Assembly (NCBI GenBank): GCA_041661185.1
Contig: JBAZUV010000001.1
Coordinates: 224,721 to 288,720 of the forward strand
Origin: Elusimicrobiota bacterium
GTDB taxonomy: Bacteria; Elusimicrobiota; Elusimicrobia; UBA1565
Direction of reading: 5' to 3'
DNA: 64,000 nucleotides
Below are positions 19,401 to 29,343 of the stretch, piece by piece. Each line of letters opens with the position of its first letter. The stretch's first letter is position 1. The notes under the pieces were generated by a model that was not told where the DNA came from, did not search any database, and saw only the letters and a program-made list of their open reading frames with translations. Position numbers and translations under genes: made by a program.

Positions 19401-22400
19401 TTTCCTCGATCGAAAGGCCGAGGTGGCGCCGGTTGCTCTGGGCGTGCGCGAAGGCCATGGCGAAGGTGCGCGCCGCGGCGCTGGGATCGCGGTAGCGCTG
19501 GACGAGCGCCAGGGCCATCTCCCGGCTCGACGCCGCGCCCGTGGCGAAGGAGAGCCTCGCGACGGCGCCTGGCGCCAGGAGGATGCGCCGGCGCAGGCTG
19601 ACGATGGGATCGAGCAGGACGCCGGTCGTTCCGGTCAGCGGGCGCCCATCGAGCGCCTGCGGGTCCTCGGGACCGCGTCCGCGTCCGAGGAAGCGGGCCC
19701 GATCGCTCTCCCACTCCATGGGGCCTTGCGCGCGTCCGTCGAGACTAAGGACATGGACGGCCCATGCCGGCGCGTCTTCCGGAGAGCGCGATCGTCGCCG
19801 GCAGAGCAGCGCGCCGGCGTCGGCCAGATATTCCGACTCCACGAAGAGCTTGCCGAACGCCGGATGAGCGAGATCGTCGGCCGGCGGAGCCAGGACGATC
19901 TCGGCATAGCTCGTGACCTCGAGCTCGCGTGTCCGCTCGTCGTGGTTGGTCACCGTGAGGCGGCGGACCTCGACGTCGTCCTCGGGAGAGACGGCGATCT
20001 CCAGCTGGGTGGCGATTCCGTCGTCGCGGCGAAGGTAGGTCGCCTTGTCGATGGAGAAGGTGACGAGGGGGTTTTCTCCCTCCGTGCCGATCGGATGATG
20101 CGCCGTCGACCAGACGCGGCCGCTGCGCACGTCGCGCAGGTAGAGGAACTGGCTGCCGGGGTCGCGCGTCGCGTCCGAGCGCGTCCGGGTGATCGCTCGT
20201 CCCGCGCAGAAGCTGGCGCCGCCGCCCGCGTTGGTGACCACCACGGTGTATCGGCCGTTCGAGAGGAACTGGGCGTGAGGGAAGGTCGTGTAGGCGGAGC
20301 GGAATCTGCGCACCGCCGCCGCGGACACGGGCGCGGATATCCGCGTTCCGTCGTCCGGCCGCGGGCGGATGATCAGCGCGTGGCGCGGCGCGCGCTCCTG
20401 CAGGAGGAGCTCGGTGGCCCGCACGCGAGGATCGGCGTGGAATCGCTCCACCATCCGCCTTCCGTCGAGGACGTTGGCGATGGCGGTCAGCGCCATGCCC
20501 TGGTGATGGGCCATGTACGTCTTCACGATCGCGCCGGGAGGTCCGCGCCGGTCCGGGATCCGCGCGGTCGGCTCGTCGCTGCCGCGCGGGGTGTAGTCGA
20601 CGGCATCGAAATAGCCGTATTCGCCCTCGAGTCCCTCCGCTTTCAGGCGCCGCAGGTTGCCGGCGGCCGCCGCGGGGTCGACCAGGGCGGCCAGCGCCGC
20701 GGCGTAGGGCGCGATCACCAGTTCGTCGCCGAGGCCGCGCTTGAGGCCCAGGCCGGGCACGCCGAAGGCCTTGTATTGATAGTTGTCGTGGCGGTCGACG
20801 AGCGTGTAGGCGCATTCGGAGATCCCCCACGGCACGCCGCGCGCCTTCGCGTAGTCCTGCTGAGCGCGCACCGCCATCCGGCACGACTCATCGAGCAGGG
20901 TTCCCGGATATCTGCGCATCACGAGCAGCGGCATCAGATATTCGAACATCGTCGCGCTCCAAGACAGCAGCGTCGGCGTGCCGTGCACGTTCGTCACGGA
21001 GCGTCCCAGGTGGAACCAGTGCGCTTCCGGCAGGTCTCCCTTGGCGATGGCCAGGAAGCTCGCCAGACGCGCCTCCGAGGCGAGCAGATCGTACGCGGCG
21101 ACGTCGAGCTTTCCCGGCCCCTCCGCGTCCGCCGCGCGATACCCGATCGCGAGCAAGCGCCGCTGGGGGTCATAGAGGAAGCGGAAATTCATCGCGTCGC
21201 CGAACGCGGCGGCGCGCGCCGCCAGGCTCTCGAGCTTCGCGCGCGCGTCGAGGGGTTCGAGGGTCGCGGAGGGATCCAGGCGCGCGAGCTCCCGGAGCCC
21301 TTCGGCCAGGGCGATGAGCGCGCCGTAGAGATTCCCGCTGTCGACGCTGGAGACGTAGCGGGGAGTGAGCGCGGCCAGACTGCGCGTGTCGTACCAGTTG
21401 AACAGGTGGCCCTCGATGCGCTCGAGGCCCTCCATCGTCGTCAGCGCCGCGTCGATCTTCTCCAGCAATTCCGGGGTCTTGATGAAGCCGAGATCGTGCG
21501 CCGCGAGCGTCGAAAGCAGGCCGAAGCCGATATTGGTGGGAGAGGTCCGGTGCGCGAGCTTCGGCTCGGGAGAGAGCTGATAGTTGTCCGGCGGCAGGCC
21601 GTGGTCTTCCGGTCCCATGAAAGCCGCGAAATAGCCCCAGGTCTTGCGGGCCGCGGCGCGCAGGAACTCCCGGTCCTCCTCGCCGAGCTCGGCGTCCTCC
21701 CGCAAGATCGGCCGGCTCAGCACGCACGCGATCATCGGCGCGGCGGCCCACAAGACGAGCAGCGGCGCGGCCGCGGGCAGGGCACAGGGCCGGAGGATCG
21801 CGACCAGGGCCGCGCCGGCCAGCGCGATGATCGGACTCGCCGCCATCGCGATGAAGAACGACCGGGCGGCGGATGCTCCGGCGGGGCTCACGCCGCGCGC
21901 GGCGCTTGCGGCGGAGGTCTCCCACTCGAGCAGTCCTTGATGCGTGATCAGGACCCGCGCGAGCGTGACCAGGACGGCGTTGGCCGCCTCATGCGCCTGG
22001 TCGGCCAGCAAAACGAGCTGGAGCGCGATCCGCGCCAGGACGCATGCCGCATCTTCCCAGAACACGCGAAGGAAGCCTTGCCACGACTGCCGCGGCCTCG
22101 GGCCGTTGAGCGTCTCGATGGAAAGCAGGTACAACGGGAACGCGATGGCCGCAATGACGGCCGCGGTCCAGCGTCCGGGGCTTCCCGGCAGGAGCGTCCA
22201 CGCGAAGAGGAGAAGGGCGAGTGTCGCGGGAGCGACGAGGCTTCGGCGAAGGTTGTCGAGGATCTTCCACCGGGCGATCGGCGAGAGGCGGTTTCGCCGC
22301 AGGCCGGTGCGCGTCGGGACGAAGGGGAAGAGCCATGCCAGGAGCTGCCAGTCGCCGCGCATCCAGCGGCGCGCGCGGCGCGCGTACGCCGGATAGGTCG

Positions 22401-24714
22401 AGGGATAATCGTCGACGACCTCCACGTCGGTCACCAGCGCCGTGCGCGCATGAAGCCCTTCGAAAAGGTCGTGGGACAGGAGCGCATTCTCGGGCACGCG
22501 GCCGTTGAGCGCCGCTGTGAAGGCGTCGACGTCGTAGAGCCCCTTGCCGGTGAATATCCCTTCGCCGAAGAGGTCCTGATAGGCGTCCGAGACGGCCGTG
22601 GTGTAGGGATCGACGCCGGTGTGGCCGGCGTAGAGGCGCGCGAAGCGCGAGCCGGCGGCGCTGGAGCTGGTTACGCTGACGCGCGGCTGGAGGATCGCGT
22701 AGCCTTCAGTGATCCGTCCGAGCTTTTCATCGTAGTGCGGCCGGTTGAGCGGGTGCGCGATGATGCCGATGAGTTTTTTTGCCGCGTCGCGCGGCAGGCG
22801 CGTATCGGAGTCGAGGGTGATGCAGCAGCGCACGCGCGGGAGCGCCGACAAGTCCCCCGTCTGGACGGTGAAGCCCGTGTCCTTCGCCCCGCGCAGGAGG
22901 GCATTGAGCTCCTCGAGCTTGCCGCGCTTGCGCTCCCAGCCCATCCAGGACCCTTCGCCGGGGTTCCAGCGGCGCTCGCGATGGAGCAGGAAGAAGCGGT
23001 CTCCCCGCCCTTCGCTCAGGCGCGCGTTGAGTTCCGCGATGCCGCTGCGGGCGGCGTCCAGGATGGCGTCGTCGTCCGGCGTTTCTTTCGCGTCCGCGTC
23101 CGTGAAGTCGCTGAGGATCGCGAAATGGATCCGGGGATCGAGGTTGCCCAGAGCAAGGACCTCGATATGCTCGACGAGCTCCCGGGTTCCCTCGACGCTC
23201 GTCAGAAGGGTGGGCACCACGACGAGGGTCCGAGCGTCATCGGGGATCCCCGCCAGGAGGTCCAGGCGCGGCAGGCGCCGCGGCGGCGCGAACCACGCGG
23301 CGAGGCGCTGGATGAGGGCGATGGCCGCATCGCTGGCCGGCAGGAGCAGCAGCGCCGCGAGGACGAGCCGCATGCGGATCGAGCCTCCGTCGCTTCCGAC
23401 AAAAGAGAGCGCGGCCGCGATCAGCGCGCCGGTCGTCAGCGAGATCGCGCTCAGATAGACGAACCCGGCGTGGGCGAACGCCGCGCGCCTCAAGCGCTGC
23501 AGCGGGCCGGGATGCCAGGCTACGTCCTCTTCAAGGGTGCGGCGGCCCTTTCCGATCAGGTGCCAGCCCACGTGCGCGGCGCGCGCGGACGGCCCCCCGG
23601 TCTCGGCCGCCAGGCGGGCGCTTTCGACGGTCCTCAGGGCCACGCGCACCTGGGCTTCCGCGGCGGGCTCGGCCAGTTCCTCGATGGACTGCCGGTAGCG
23701 GTCCCGGCTCAAGAAATCCATGCGCGGGTAGATGCCGGCGGGATCGCGCCTGAGGACGCGCTCGACGAGACTCACGGCCTCGACGTACTCGCTCCAGTCC
23801 AAGGCGGAGACCAGGCGCATGCTGGTGATGACGTTGGCCGTGGAGACCTGGGAGACGGCCTCTCGCTGGTGTTCGCAGCGGATCGCTTCCTCGGGCGTCA
23901 TCGGCAAGGCGGCCAGATGCGCGTCGAGGCCTGCGCGAACGGCTTCAAGGCGGGGCCCATACTCCCGCACGCGCTGGAGGAGCTGCACGATCTGCGCGAG
24001 ATGGAGCTCTCGGGGCAGCGGCGGCGGGACTCCCTTGCCCGCCGCGTCGATCCGGGCCACATACGCGTCCGCGGCCCGCCGCGCCGCGCGGGCGGCCAGG
24101 ATCTCCTCGGTCAGGCGCCGCAGGTTCTCGATGAGGGCCAGCTTCAGCATGCTCGGCCATGCCCAGAGCTCTCCGATCGTCAGCGGGGCGACGGTCTGGA
24201 AGCTGTCCAGGAAGCGCACGAGCTGAGGGCGGTCCAGGCGGCTGTCGCTGTGGCGGATGAGCTCTACGGCCAGGGCGTAGACGCGGGCGTGGCCGGCAAG
24301 CTCGCGCGAGGCGAGCTTGGGCAGCTCGCGGTAGTAGGCGCGCGGGAGGTTTTGGTGCACTTCCCGGATCTCGGAGACCGCCAGGTAAAAATTATCCAGG
24401 AGCCACTCCGCCGCCGGAGTGACGAACTCGCCTTGGTGCACGTCGTCGGCGAGCGTGCGGTAGGCCTCGCGCAGGAGGCGGGCGTTGTCCTCGAAACGAG
24501 GGAAGACGCTGCGCGCCGCGCCTCCGGAGGGGTCCACCGTGAACCGGGCCGCCAGCGCGCGGGCCCGCTCCTCCAGGCGCTCGATGCTGAGCAGTTCATC
24601 GCGCAGAGGCTTCTCGGCCCTGGGGGCGGAGCGGAACCTTCCGCCGAAAGATCCTGAGGTGAACGCTGCGAAGAAGGAGTTCTCAATCCGACCAAAGTCA
24701 GAGTTTCGCAGCAT
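16405..24714 (-). CDS. cyclic beta-1,2-glucan synthase (Cgs/NdvB/ChvB-like: N-terminal membrane GT84 domain + C-terminal GH94 phosphorylase-like domain)
   Basis: 2769 aa. DSDTRLP and RRWMRGDWQ glycosyltransferase motifs, multiple transmembrane blocks, and a C-terminal GH94-type [13 protein letters not shown]. Codon bias produces long antisense shadow ORFs. Confidence 0.85.
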   Translation of the reverse strand: MLRNSDFGRIENSFFAAFTSGSFGGRFRSAPRAEKPLRDELLSIERLEERARALAARFTVDPSGGAARSVFPRFEDNARLLREAYRTLADDVHQGEFVTPAAEWLLDNFYLAVSEIREVHQNLPRAYYRELPKLASRELAGHARVYALAVELIRHSDSRLDRPQLVRFLDSFQTVAPLTIGELWAWPSMLKLALIENLRRLTEEILAARAARRAADAYVARIDAAGKGVPPPLPRELHLAQIVQLLQRVREYGPRLEAVRAGLDAHLAALPMTPEEAIRCEHQREAVSQVSTANVITSMRLVSALDWSEYVEAVSLVERVLRRDPAGIYPRMDFLSRDRYRQSIEELAEPAAEAQVRVALRTVESARLAAETGGPSARAAHVGWHLIGKGRRTLEEDVAWHPGPLQRLRRAAFAHAGFVYLSAISLTTGALIAAALSFVGSDGGSIRMRLVLAALLLLPASDAAIALIQRLAAWFAPPRRLPRLDLLAGIPDDARTLVVVPTLLTSVEGTRELVEHIEVLALGNLDPRIHFAILSDFTDADAKETPDDDAILDAARSGIAELNARLSEGRGDRFFLLHRERRWNPGEGSWMGWERKRGKLEELNALLRGAKDTGFTVQTGDLSALPRVRCCITLDSDTRLPRDAAKKLIGIIAHPLNRPHYDEKLGRITEGYAILQPRVSVTSSSAAGSRFARLYAGHTGVDPYTTAVSDAYQDLFGEGIFTGKGLYDVDAFTAALNGRVPENALLSHDLFEGLHARTALVTDVEVVDDYPSTYPAYARRARRWMRGDWQLLAWLFPFVPTRTGLRRNRLSPIARWKILDNLRRSLVAPATLALLLFAWTLLPGSPGRWTAAVIAAIAFPLYLLSIETLNGPRPRQSWQGFLRVFWEDAACVLARIALQLVLLADQAHEAANAVLVTLARVLITHQGLLEWETSAASAARGVSPAGASAARSFFIAMAASPIIALAGAALVAILRPCALPAAAPLLVLWAAAPMIACVLSRPILREDAELGEEDREFLRAAARKTWGYFAAFMGPEDHGLPPDNYQLSPEPKLAHRTSPTNIGFGLLSTLAAHDLGFIKTPELLEKIDAALTTMEGLERIEGHLFNWYDTRSLAALTPRYVSSVDSGNLYGALIALAEGLRELARLDPSATLEPLDARAKLESLAARAAAFGDAMNFRFLYDPQRRLLAIGYRAADAEGPGKLDVAAYDLLASEARLASFLAIAKGDLPEAHWFHLGRSVTNVHGTPTLLSWSATMFEYLMPLLVMRRYPGTLLDESCRMAVRAQQDYAKARGVPWGISECAYTLVDRHDNYQYKAFGVPGLGLKRGLGDELVIAPYAAALAALVDPAAAAGNLRRLKAEGLEGEYGYFDAVDYTPRGSDEPTARIPDRRGPPGAIVKTYMAHHQGMALTAIANVLDGRRMVERFHADPRVRATELLLQERAPRHALIIRPRPDDGTRISAPVSAAAVRRFRSAYTTFPHAQFLSNGRYTVVVTNAGGGASFCAGRAITRTRSDATRDPGSQFLYLRDVRSGRVWSTAHHPIGTEGENPLVTFSIDKATYLRRDDGIATQLEIAVSPEDDVEVRRLTVTNHDERTRELEVTSYAEIVLAPPADDLAHPAFGKLFVESEYLADAGALLCRRRSRSPEDAPAWAVHVLSLDGRAQGPMEWESDRARFLGRGRGPEDPQALDGRPLTGTTGVLLDPIVSLRRRILLAPGAVARLSFATGAASSREMALALVQRYRDPSAAARTFAMAFAHAQSNRRHLGLSIEETLLFDRLASRVLYHDASLRAAPEVMTRSTLGQSGLWPHEISGDLPIVLVRVLSQDGLALARQILQAQEYWRLKGLLADVVILNEHPVSYYDEVHAQLTALLDNGPWRTWKHRPGGAYLLRADRMPEAERLLLQAVARAILSSDRGGLSQQLDRPSPDWTVRASREPAPPTRRAPRNGKPCMPPEAPPMVMANGLGGFTEGGREYAIVLEGAQGTPLPWANVLAGPAFGTVVTESGSSYTWSENSRENRLTPFANDPVCDPTSEAIFVRDDKTGAVWSPTPGPLPRTSEGGRFVIRHAAGVTSFDRAVHGIRHRLEIFVDAADPVKFSLLTLSNESGSPCALSIFAYNEWSLGPPQDGRHLNVLTQRDAQTGAILASNAWNNDFAGRTAFLHSSDAVKSSSGDRTSFLGRNGSLSRPAALFRETLSGRFGAGLDPCAALQVPVKLLPGETRRMVFLLGQGKDAAHARELIVRHGGVPAARAALESVRQGWENTLGAVQVKTPDDSFDLLMNRWLLYQNLGCRLWARTGYSQPGGAFGFRDQLQDALALMLARPDLAREHLLRAAARQFLEGDVQHWWHPPSGRGTRTRCSDDLLWLPYAVAHYVKTTGDSGILDESVPFLESPLLAPGEQESYCRPSVCAERASLFEHCTRALDRGLTSGAHGLPLMGNGDWNDGMNRVGREGRGESVWLGFFLYAVLGDFAPLCESRGDSPRAERCRAEASRLAAVLEQSWDGEWYRRAYDDDGVALGSAQSPECQIDSISQAWAVLSGAAPPRLAERAMDAVRTHLVRRGAGLILLLTPPFDRSEQSPGYIKGYPPGARENGGQYTHAAAWIVMALAKQGCGDEAAELFHMLNPINHTRSAADVGRYKGEPYVLAGDVLAHPDHSGRAGWTWYTGSAGWMYRAGLESILGLKRRGAAFELDPCIPSSWSEYEISWLFGRTRYVISVSNPGHRCRGVVSAELDGKPADPSAIALVDDGAAHAVKLVMGEALPQNASPK

Positions 24715-24996
24715 TCCTTTCAGTGTATCTTTATAATCCTTCCTTCAGGTATGCGTAATACTCCGTATAGCCGTTTATGATGCACGCGGATTCATGCGAA
24801 GATCCCGCATTTGGGCGGCTGTTCCGGGATATCGTCGAGCAGGGCGCAGACGTCATGATCCAGACCAATACCCCCGGCGCCGTGCAGTCGCTCATAGACG
24901 AAAGACGCCGGTAGCGGAAGGGAGCGGAGATTCCCTCGTCGCTAGGCGGCGTCATGACTTCCGGCCGCGGGGCTCTCAGTAATTCTCCCTCCAGGA

Positions 24997-25016
24997 TCGC
25001 GTATAATTCCGAATAG
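24997..25016 (+). promoter_or_regulatory. same motif, instance d (TCGCGTATAATTCCGAATAG), about 65 nt upstream of wrbA; instance c at 24752-24771
   Basis: Seen directly in the sequence. Confidence 0.5.
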
Positions 25017-25078
25017 ATTCGCTTGGGACAGGAATATACCATGCGCATCAGTAGAGGCGTTGTTATAAGGGGGAATCG

Positions 25079-25702
25079 ATGAAAATCCTCGTTGCCTATT
25101 ATTCGATGTACGGGCACGTCTACAAGCTGGCGCAGGCCGCCGCCGAGGGCGCCTCGGGCGTGAAAGGCGCGCAGGTTTCTCTCAAACGCATACCTGAGAC
25201 CCTTCCAAAAGAAGCGCTTGAAAAAATGGGAGCGCTGGATGCGCAGAAGGAGCAGGAGAAAGTGCCGGTATGCGCCGTTGACGACCTTGCGGCGGCCGAC
25301 GCCGTCATCTTCGGCACGCCTACGCGCTTCGGGAACATGTGCGGCCAGATGAGGCAGTTCCTTGACGCCACAGGCGGGCTCTGGCTCAAAGGCGCCATGG
25401 TGGGCAAGGTCGGCAGCGTGATAACCAGCTCCGCCACCCAGCATGGGGGGCAGGAATCCACGCTCCTCTCTTTCCACATCACGCTCCTGCACCAAGGCAT
25501 GGTGGTCGCCGGGCTGCCTTACGCCTTCCAAGGCCAGATGGGCACGGCTGAGATGACCGGAGGTTCGCCCTACGGCGCGTCGACCATCGCCGGTGCGAAG
25601 GGCGAGCGGATGCCGAGCCGGAATGAGCTTGCGGGCGCGAAGTTTCAAGGCAGGTACGTCGCCCTGTTGGCCGAACGCCTCGCGGGGATAAAGATCGGCT
25701 GA
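25079..25702 (+). CDS. wrbA: NAD(P)H:quinone oxidoreductase WrbA (flavodoxin-like)
   Basis: [20 protein letters not shown] and [12 protein letters not shown]-binding motifs. Confidence 0.9.
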   Translation: MKILVAYYSMYGHVYKLAQAAAEGASGVKGAQVSLKRIPETLPKEALEKMGALDAQKEQEKVPVCAVDDLAAADAVIFGTPTRFGNMCGQMRQFLDATGGLWLKGAMVGKVGSVITSSATQHGGQESTLLSFHITLLHQGMVVAGLPYAFQGQMGTAEMTGGSPYGASTIAGAKGERMPSRNELAGAKFQGRYVALLAERLAGIKIG

Positions 25703-25718
25703 CGTCGGCGAGCAAAAA

Positions 25719-25753
25719 CGCCCCCCGGCTCTTCAAGGCCGGGGGGCGCTTTC
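25719..25753 (+). terminator. stem-loop GCCCCCCGGC...GCCGGGGGGC after wrbA
   Basis: 10-bp GC stem directly downstream of the stop. The U-tract is weak (GCTTTCG). Confidence 0.5.
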
Positions 25754-25850
25754 GTGATCGTCGGGGCGCACGCCGCGGCCTTCTCCCGGCAGGCTGGCTT
25801 CCCTCAAGAAATAGCTCCTTTGGCTGCCTGCGGAGTTTTACTTCCTGCCT

Positions 25851-25870
25851 TGCGTATAATTCCGCATTGG
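25851..25870 (+). promoter_or_regulatory. same motif, instance e (TGCGTATAATTCCGCATTGG) upstream of the AAA ATPase gene
   Basis: Seen directly in the sequence. Confidence 0.5.
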
Positions 25871-25962
25871 CACAATATGGGTGTAGTAAATGGCAAGAAA
25901 TGCTTATAAATCAAGTAGCATATTGACTTTGAGCAAATTTGCTCATTATAATGAGTTAAATT

Positions 25963-27168
25963 ATGACATTGCCTAAATTCAACCGCCCCATCCTTAAAAA
26001 AATACGAACACGGCTGCAGGAAGATCGTAGATTCATCCAAGTCCTGATCGGCCCGCGTCAAGTGGGAAAGACCACGCTGGTCCGACAATTCCTGGAGGAC
26101 GCTGATATTGCGCACCACTACGCATCCGCGGACGAACCATCACTGCACGACCGGACGTGGATCGAAGCGCAGTGGGAGATCGCTCGCTTGCGGGCCAAGC
26201 ATGCGGACAAGCGCGGCGCGCTGTTTGTTTTGGACGAGGCGCACAAGACGACGCATTGGTCGGAAGCGGTCAAGCGGCTCTGGGATGAGGATACCGCTTC
26301 GGGCATGAATCTTAAAGTCGTTCTGCTCGGGTCATCTCCTCTGCTGATACAAAAGGGTTTGACGGAGAGCCTTGCCGGCCGCTTTGAACTCATCCGAGTT
26401 CCGCATTGGTCGTTTGCCGAAATGAAGGAGGCTTTCGGCTGGAGTCTGGATCAATATCTCTATTTCGGCGGTTATCCAAGCTGCGCGGAGCTCGCCGCGG
26501 ACGAGGAGCGCTGGCGCCGATATCTGCAGGATTCGTTGGTGGAGACGACGCTGTCTCGGGACATCCTGCTGCAGACTCGCGTCGATAAACCGGCATTGCT
26601 GCGGCAGCTTTTCCGCCTGGGCTGCGACTACTCGGGACAGATACTCTCCTATCAAAAGATGTTGGGACAACTGCATGATGCCGGGAATACGGTCACGCTG
26701 GCGCACTACCTCGAGCTGCTCTCAGGCGTCGGCATGCTCACGGGACTGCAAAAATATTCCGGAACCCGTTTGCGGCAGCGAGGCTCCAGCCCAAAATTCC
26801 TCGTGCTCAATACGGCCCTCATGACGAGCGGCGCCGACCAAACCTATGGCGCGGCTCGCGAGAATCGCGACGTATGGGGAAGGCTCGTGGAATCGGCGGT
26901 GGGCGCGCATCTGGTCAATGGCCTTTCAGGAACAGGCACGGAAGTGTTCTATTGGCGCGAAGGCAATCGCGAGGTGGATTTCGTGCTGAAAGGGCACGGC
27001 CGCGTCACGGCCGTTGAGGTCACCAGTTCGCGCCGCAAGGATTCCTTGCCCGGCATGGCGGCGTTCGCCGAGGAGTTCCATCCGCAGAGGCAGCTTCTGG
27101 TCGGCGGGCAAGGGATCCCGCTTGAGGAATTCTTGTCGGCTCCCGTCGAGAAATGGGTGGCGCCTTGA
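25963..27168 (+). CDS. AAA+ ATPase (AAA_14 + DUF4143 architecture)
   Basis: Walker A GPRQVGKTT, Walker B VLDEAH. AT-rich start region; first gene of the lower-GC segment. Confidence 0.8.
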   Translation: MTLPKFNRPILKKIRTRLQEDRRFIQVLIGPRQVGKTTLVRQFLEDADIAHHYASADEPSLHDRTWIEAQWEIARLRAKHADKRGALFVLDEAHKTTHWSEAVKRLWDEDTASGMNLKVVLLGSSPLLIQKGLTESLAGRFELIRVPHWSFAEMKEAFGWSLDQYLYFGGYPSCAELAADEERWRRYLQDSLVETTLSRDILLQTRVDKPALLRQLFRLGCDYSGQILSYQKMLGQLHDAGNTVTLAHYLELLSGVGMLTGLQKYSGTRLRQRGSSPKFLVLNTALMTSGADQTYGAARENRDVWGRLVESAVGAHLVNGLSGTGTEVFYWREGNREVDFVLKGHGRVTAVEVTSSRRKDSLPGMAAFAEEFHPQRQLLVGGQGIPLEEFLSAPVEKWVAP

Positions 27169-27257
27169 CGGCTGCCGGGCACGCATAAGCGAGTTTATCG
27201 ATTCCAGCAGTAAACTCGCCATATTTGATGGGCTGGAAGGTCGACCGCAAGTTAAAA

Positions 27258-27294
27258 GGAGAACCGGAAGCATTCGCTTCCGGTTCTCCTTTTG
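27258..27294 (+). terminator. rho-independent terminator (14-bp perfect stem GGAGAACCGGAAGC/GCTTCCGGTTCTCC + TTTT)
   Basis: Seen directly in the sequence downstream of the AAA ATPase gene. Confidence 0.8.
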
Positions 27295-27501
27295 AGTTAT
27301 CAGATAAACTGGCGGGCCCGATGGGGGCAATTTCCTACTGGTTTGAAGCGGTATATTGTTCCTTTGGTCCAGGAAGTGCATTTTATCCCTTCTCTGACTT
27401 TGTCTTGGCCCATCGAATTGAAGCGCATCCCCAATGGCGAAAAGGTCATCGTTGAGGTCTTGACTTGCCCTGTCCCTCAATTTGAGGTAGTCCTTATGTG
27501 A
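27292..27501 (+). CDS. AbrB/MazE-like (swapped-hairpin) small protein, paralog of 32775..33071
   Basis: PIELKRIPNGEKVIVEV resembles the AbrB looped-hinge motif and aligns with PVRLRRITNGEKVIWQT in the second copy. Confidence 0.35.
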   Translation: MSYQINWRARWGQFPTGLKRYIVPLVQEVHFIPSLTLSWPIELKRIPNGEKVIVEVLTCPVPQFEVVLM

Positions 27502-27505
27502 AAAG

Positions 27506-27545
27506 TTTCCAATCCCGTCGTCCCCTAAGACGATGGGGGCAATTG
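27506..27545 (+). repeat. att-like repeat R2 (tRNA-Asp 3'-end-like TTCCAATCCCGTCGTCCCC + TAAGACGATGGGGGCAATT)
   Basis: Matches 18 of 20 nt of the sense 3' end of tRNA-Asp (TTCGAATCCCGTCGACCCC). Other copies: R1 (partial) 27313-27332, R3 33006-33044, R4 33158-33193. Confidence 0.5.
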
Positions 27546-27564
27546 CGCTAAAAGGGGGTATGCC

Positions 27565-28008
27565 GTGACTAAGCCGAAGGCGGGCCAGGATTATCTTACG
27601 ACTACTGGATTGCCGGTCCGTTTCCTGAAACGGGACAGCGGATGCATGCTTTTGCAGAGTCTTTGGACGGATAATCGGTTTCTTGTTCCTGAGACCTATC
27701 CGCTTAAGCCCTTGAAAGAGAAGCCGTCTGGCCCGGATCTGCGCTCCACTCCGTACAAGGAGTCCACACGGCCGACGCCGGAGGAGAGGAATCGGCCACT
27801 GGCCCCTGTCATTGATGCTCTGCTGATGGAGGGCAGGTTGACCATGAAAGGCCTCGCGAGAGAGGTCAGGCGGCGGGCCAGTGCGGCGTGTTGGGGGAAG
27901 GACGTGCGGGCCAATATTCGATCCCGGATAAGCTGGTTGCAGAAGCGGGGGATGGAATTCCTCCGAGACGGTGGCGGCCGGCTTTGTATTCAGCGGAAGT
28001 GCGAATAG
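27565..28008 (+). CDS. hypothetical protein (possible winged-helix regulator)
   Basis: 147-aa ORF in the island. No confident domain. Confidence 0.35.
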   Translation: MTKPKAGQDYLTTTGLPVRFLKRDSGCMLLQSLWTDNRFLVPETYPLKPLKEKPSGPDLRSTPYKESTRPTPEERNRPLAPVIDALLMEGRLTMKGLAREVRRRASAACWGKDVRANIRSRISWLQKRGMEFLRDGGGRLCIQRKCE

Positions 28009-28055
28009 CTGACTATATTAAGGCGTGCTGGTTAGGTTCTCGAATCTGGAATATT

Positions 28056-29339
28056 CTACTTCTCGCCACGCTTGAAGTTAAGATATTCCAGATCATAAGC
28101 ATCTTGGATGTTCTCGCCCTTCGTGAATTTTCGCAAGATTGCCTTAAATGCCGAATCAGTGGTTCCGAACCAGTGTAAGTAGTATCGCGACTTGATGACG
28201 CTTAGGGCTGATTGGCCCAGCGGATTGTAGTGTAGTCGGCACCAAAGCGCATGATGGAAAGTCAGTCCAGTATGCGCCAAGTTATCGCTTTTCCACTGAG
28301 ATATGATGATCAGATTCTGGTAATGGAAGAAATTCACTGAAGCAAGAAGATTTTTCGTGCGAATGTATTTCACCACGGAGAACGGTCGACTGGTATTGGG
28401 TGCCACATCTGGAGCATCCGTAGCCCGCAAATCCTCAAACGAAGGTGGATAGTTAAAAAATACATGGTAAAGAGAATGCCCGACGGCTGTTGCCTGGCCA
28501 AGATTTTTTATTTCAAAAGGGATGTCAAAACGGTGGGATTCGTTTTTCCACTCGGCTTGAACGGGTGCTGCCGCCGGAATTACATCCAAAATTGGGCGTT
28601 GTGAGTAGAGATATACATAAAGGGAACTCGCAACACCGACGATTGCTGCGACGTATCCCCAGGCTTTGGAATGAAAGAGGGAGATGAATTTGTCACATAA
28701 GCCGCCCTGCTTGGTAGGACTTCTGGAATACTTTTTGGCTTCCTGGAGTGCTGATATCCATTTGGCATATTGGCACCGAAGGAGCTTTATGCCCACAGTT
28801 TCATCGCCAACCTTAATCTCGGCTTTTCTGGAAACCTCCTCAAGTAGTTTGCTTTCTCTACCGCAGTAGCGTTCGATGAGGGCAATAACCTTAATGCGAT
28901 AGCTGCCCACAATCCCAATCTCATCTTTTACATCCCGATATGAGGATGATTGCTCCCTGGTGAGTTCACGTATCAAGTCATCGATTTCGGACGGGGGTTG
29001 GGACGCCTTGCCCGGGAGTGCCTCTAGATTTGTGCGGATCAAAGCGAGGCATCTATCAATAGCGTTTCCAAGAGGGCGAAACTGTGCGAGCGTGAAGTAT
29101 CCCCTGCCTTGAAAATCGGTTGTCCCGCTGCTTTGCGGGATTTCTAAATTCTCTATATCCCCAAAAAGATGGGGATCAAGTTCTTTTAGGCGTGCTATTG
29201 TTCGGATCGCTCTTTCAAAAAAAGGCCTGTGCGAATCGGGATCAAAGTACCTTCCACCAGAGCCGAACACTTGTCCAGAGAGATGGCGGTGTAATGTGTC
29301 AAGCTCTGGAAGATGCTTTTGGGCAATTTCGCTATTCAC
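28056..29339 (-). CDS. hypothetical protein with one central TM helix; last gene of the defense-like operon
   Basis: 427 aa, GTG start 4 nt after the DGQHR gene stop. TM segment WGYVAAIVGVASSLYVYLY. Low GC. Confidence 0.5.
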   Translation of the reverse strand: MNSEIAQKHLPELDTLHRHLSGQVFGSGGRYFDPDSHRPFFERAIRTIARLKELDPHLFGDIENLEIPQSSGTTDFQGRGYFTLAQFRPLGNAIDRCLALIRTNLEALPGKASQPPSEIDDLIRELTREQSSSYRDVKDEIGIVGSYRIKVIALIERYCGRESKLLEEVSRKAEIKVGDETVGIKLLRCQYAKWISALQEAKKYSRSPTKQGGLCDKFISLFHSKAWGYVAAIVGVASSLYVYLYSQRPILDVIPAAAPVQAEWKNESHRFDIPFEIKNLGQATAVGHSLYHVFFNYPPSFEDLRATDAPDVAPNTSRPFSVVKYIRTKNLLASVNFFHYQNLIIISQWKSDNLAHTGLTFHHALWCRLHYNPLGQSALSVIKSRYYLHWFGTTDSAFKAILRKFTKGENIQDAYDLEYLNFKRGEK

Positions 29340-29343
29340 GAAT

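Noticed and set aside
19069-24657. 1862-aa ORF on the + strand
   Set aside because: Antisense shadow of the cgs gene. Translation is R/G/A/D-rich low complexity ([16 protein letters not shown]...). High GC and codon bias keep the antisense frame open, so no protein is called.
24794-24982. 62-aa Arg-rich ORF in the cgs-wrbA intergenic region
   Set aside because: Arg-rich low-complexity translation in a GC-rich spacer. The region more likely holds promoters (two copies of the recurrent motif) than a gene.
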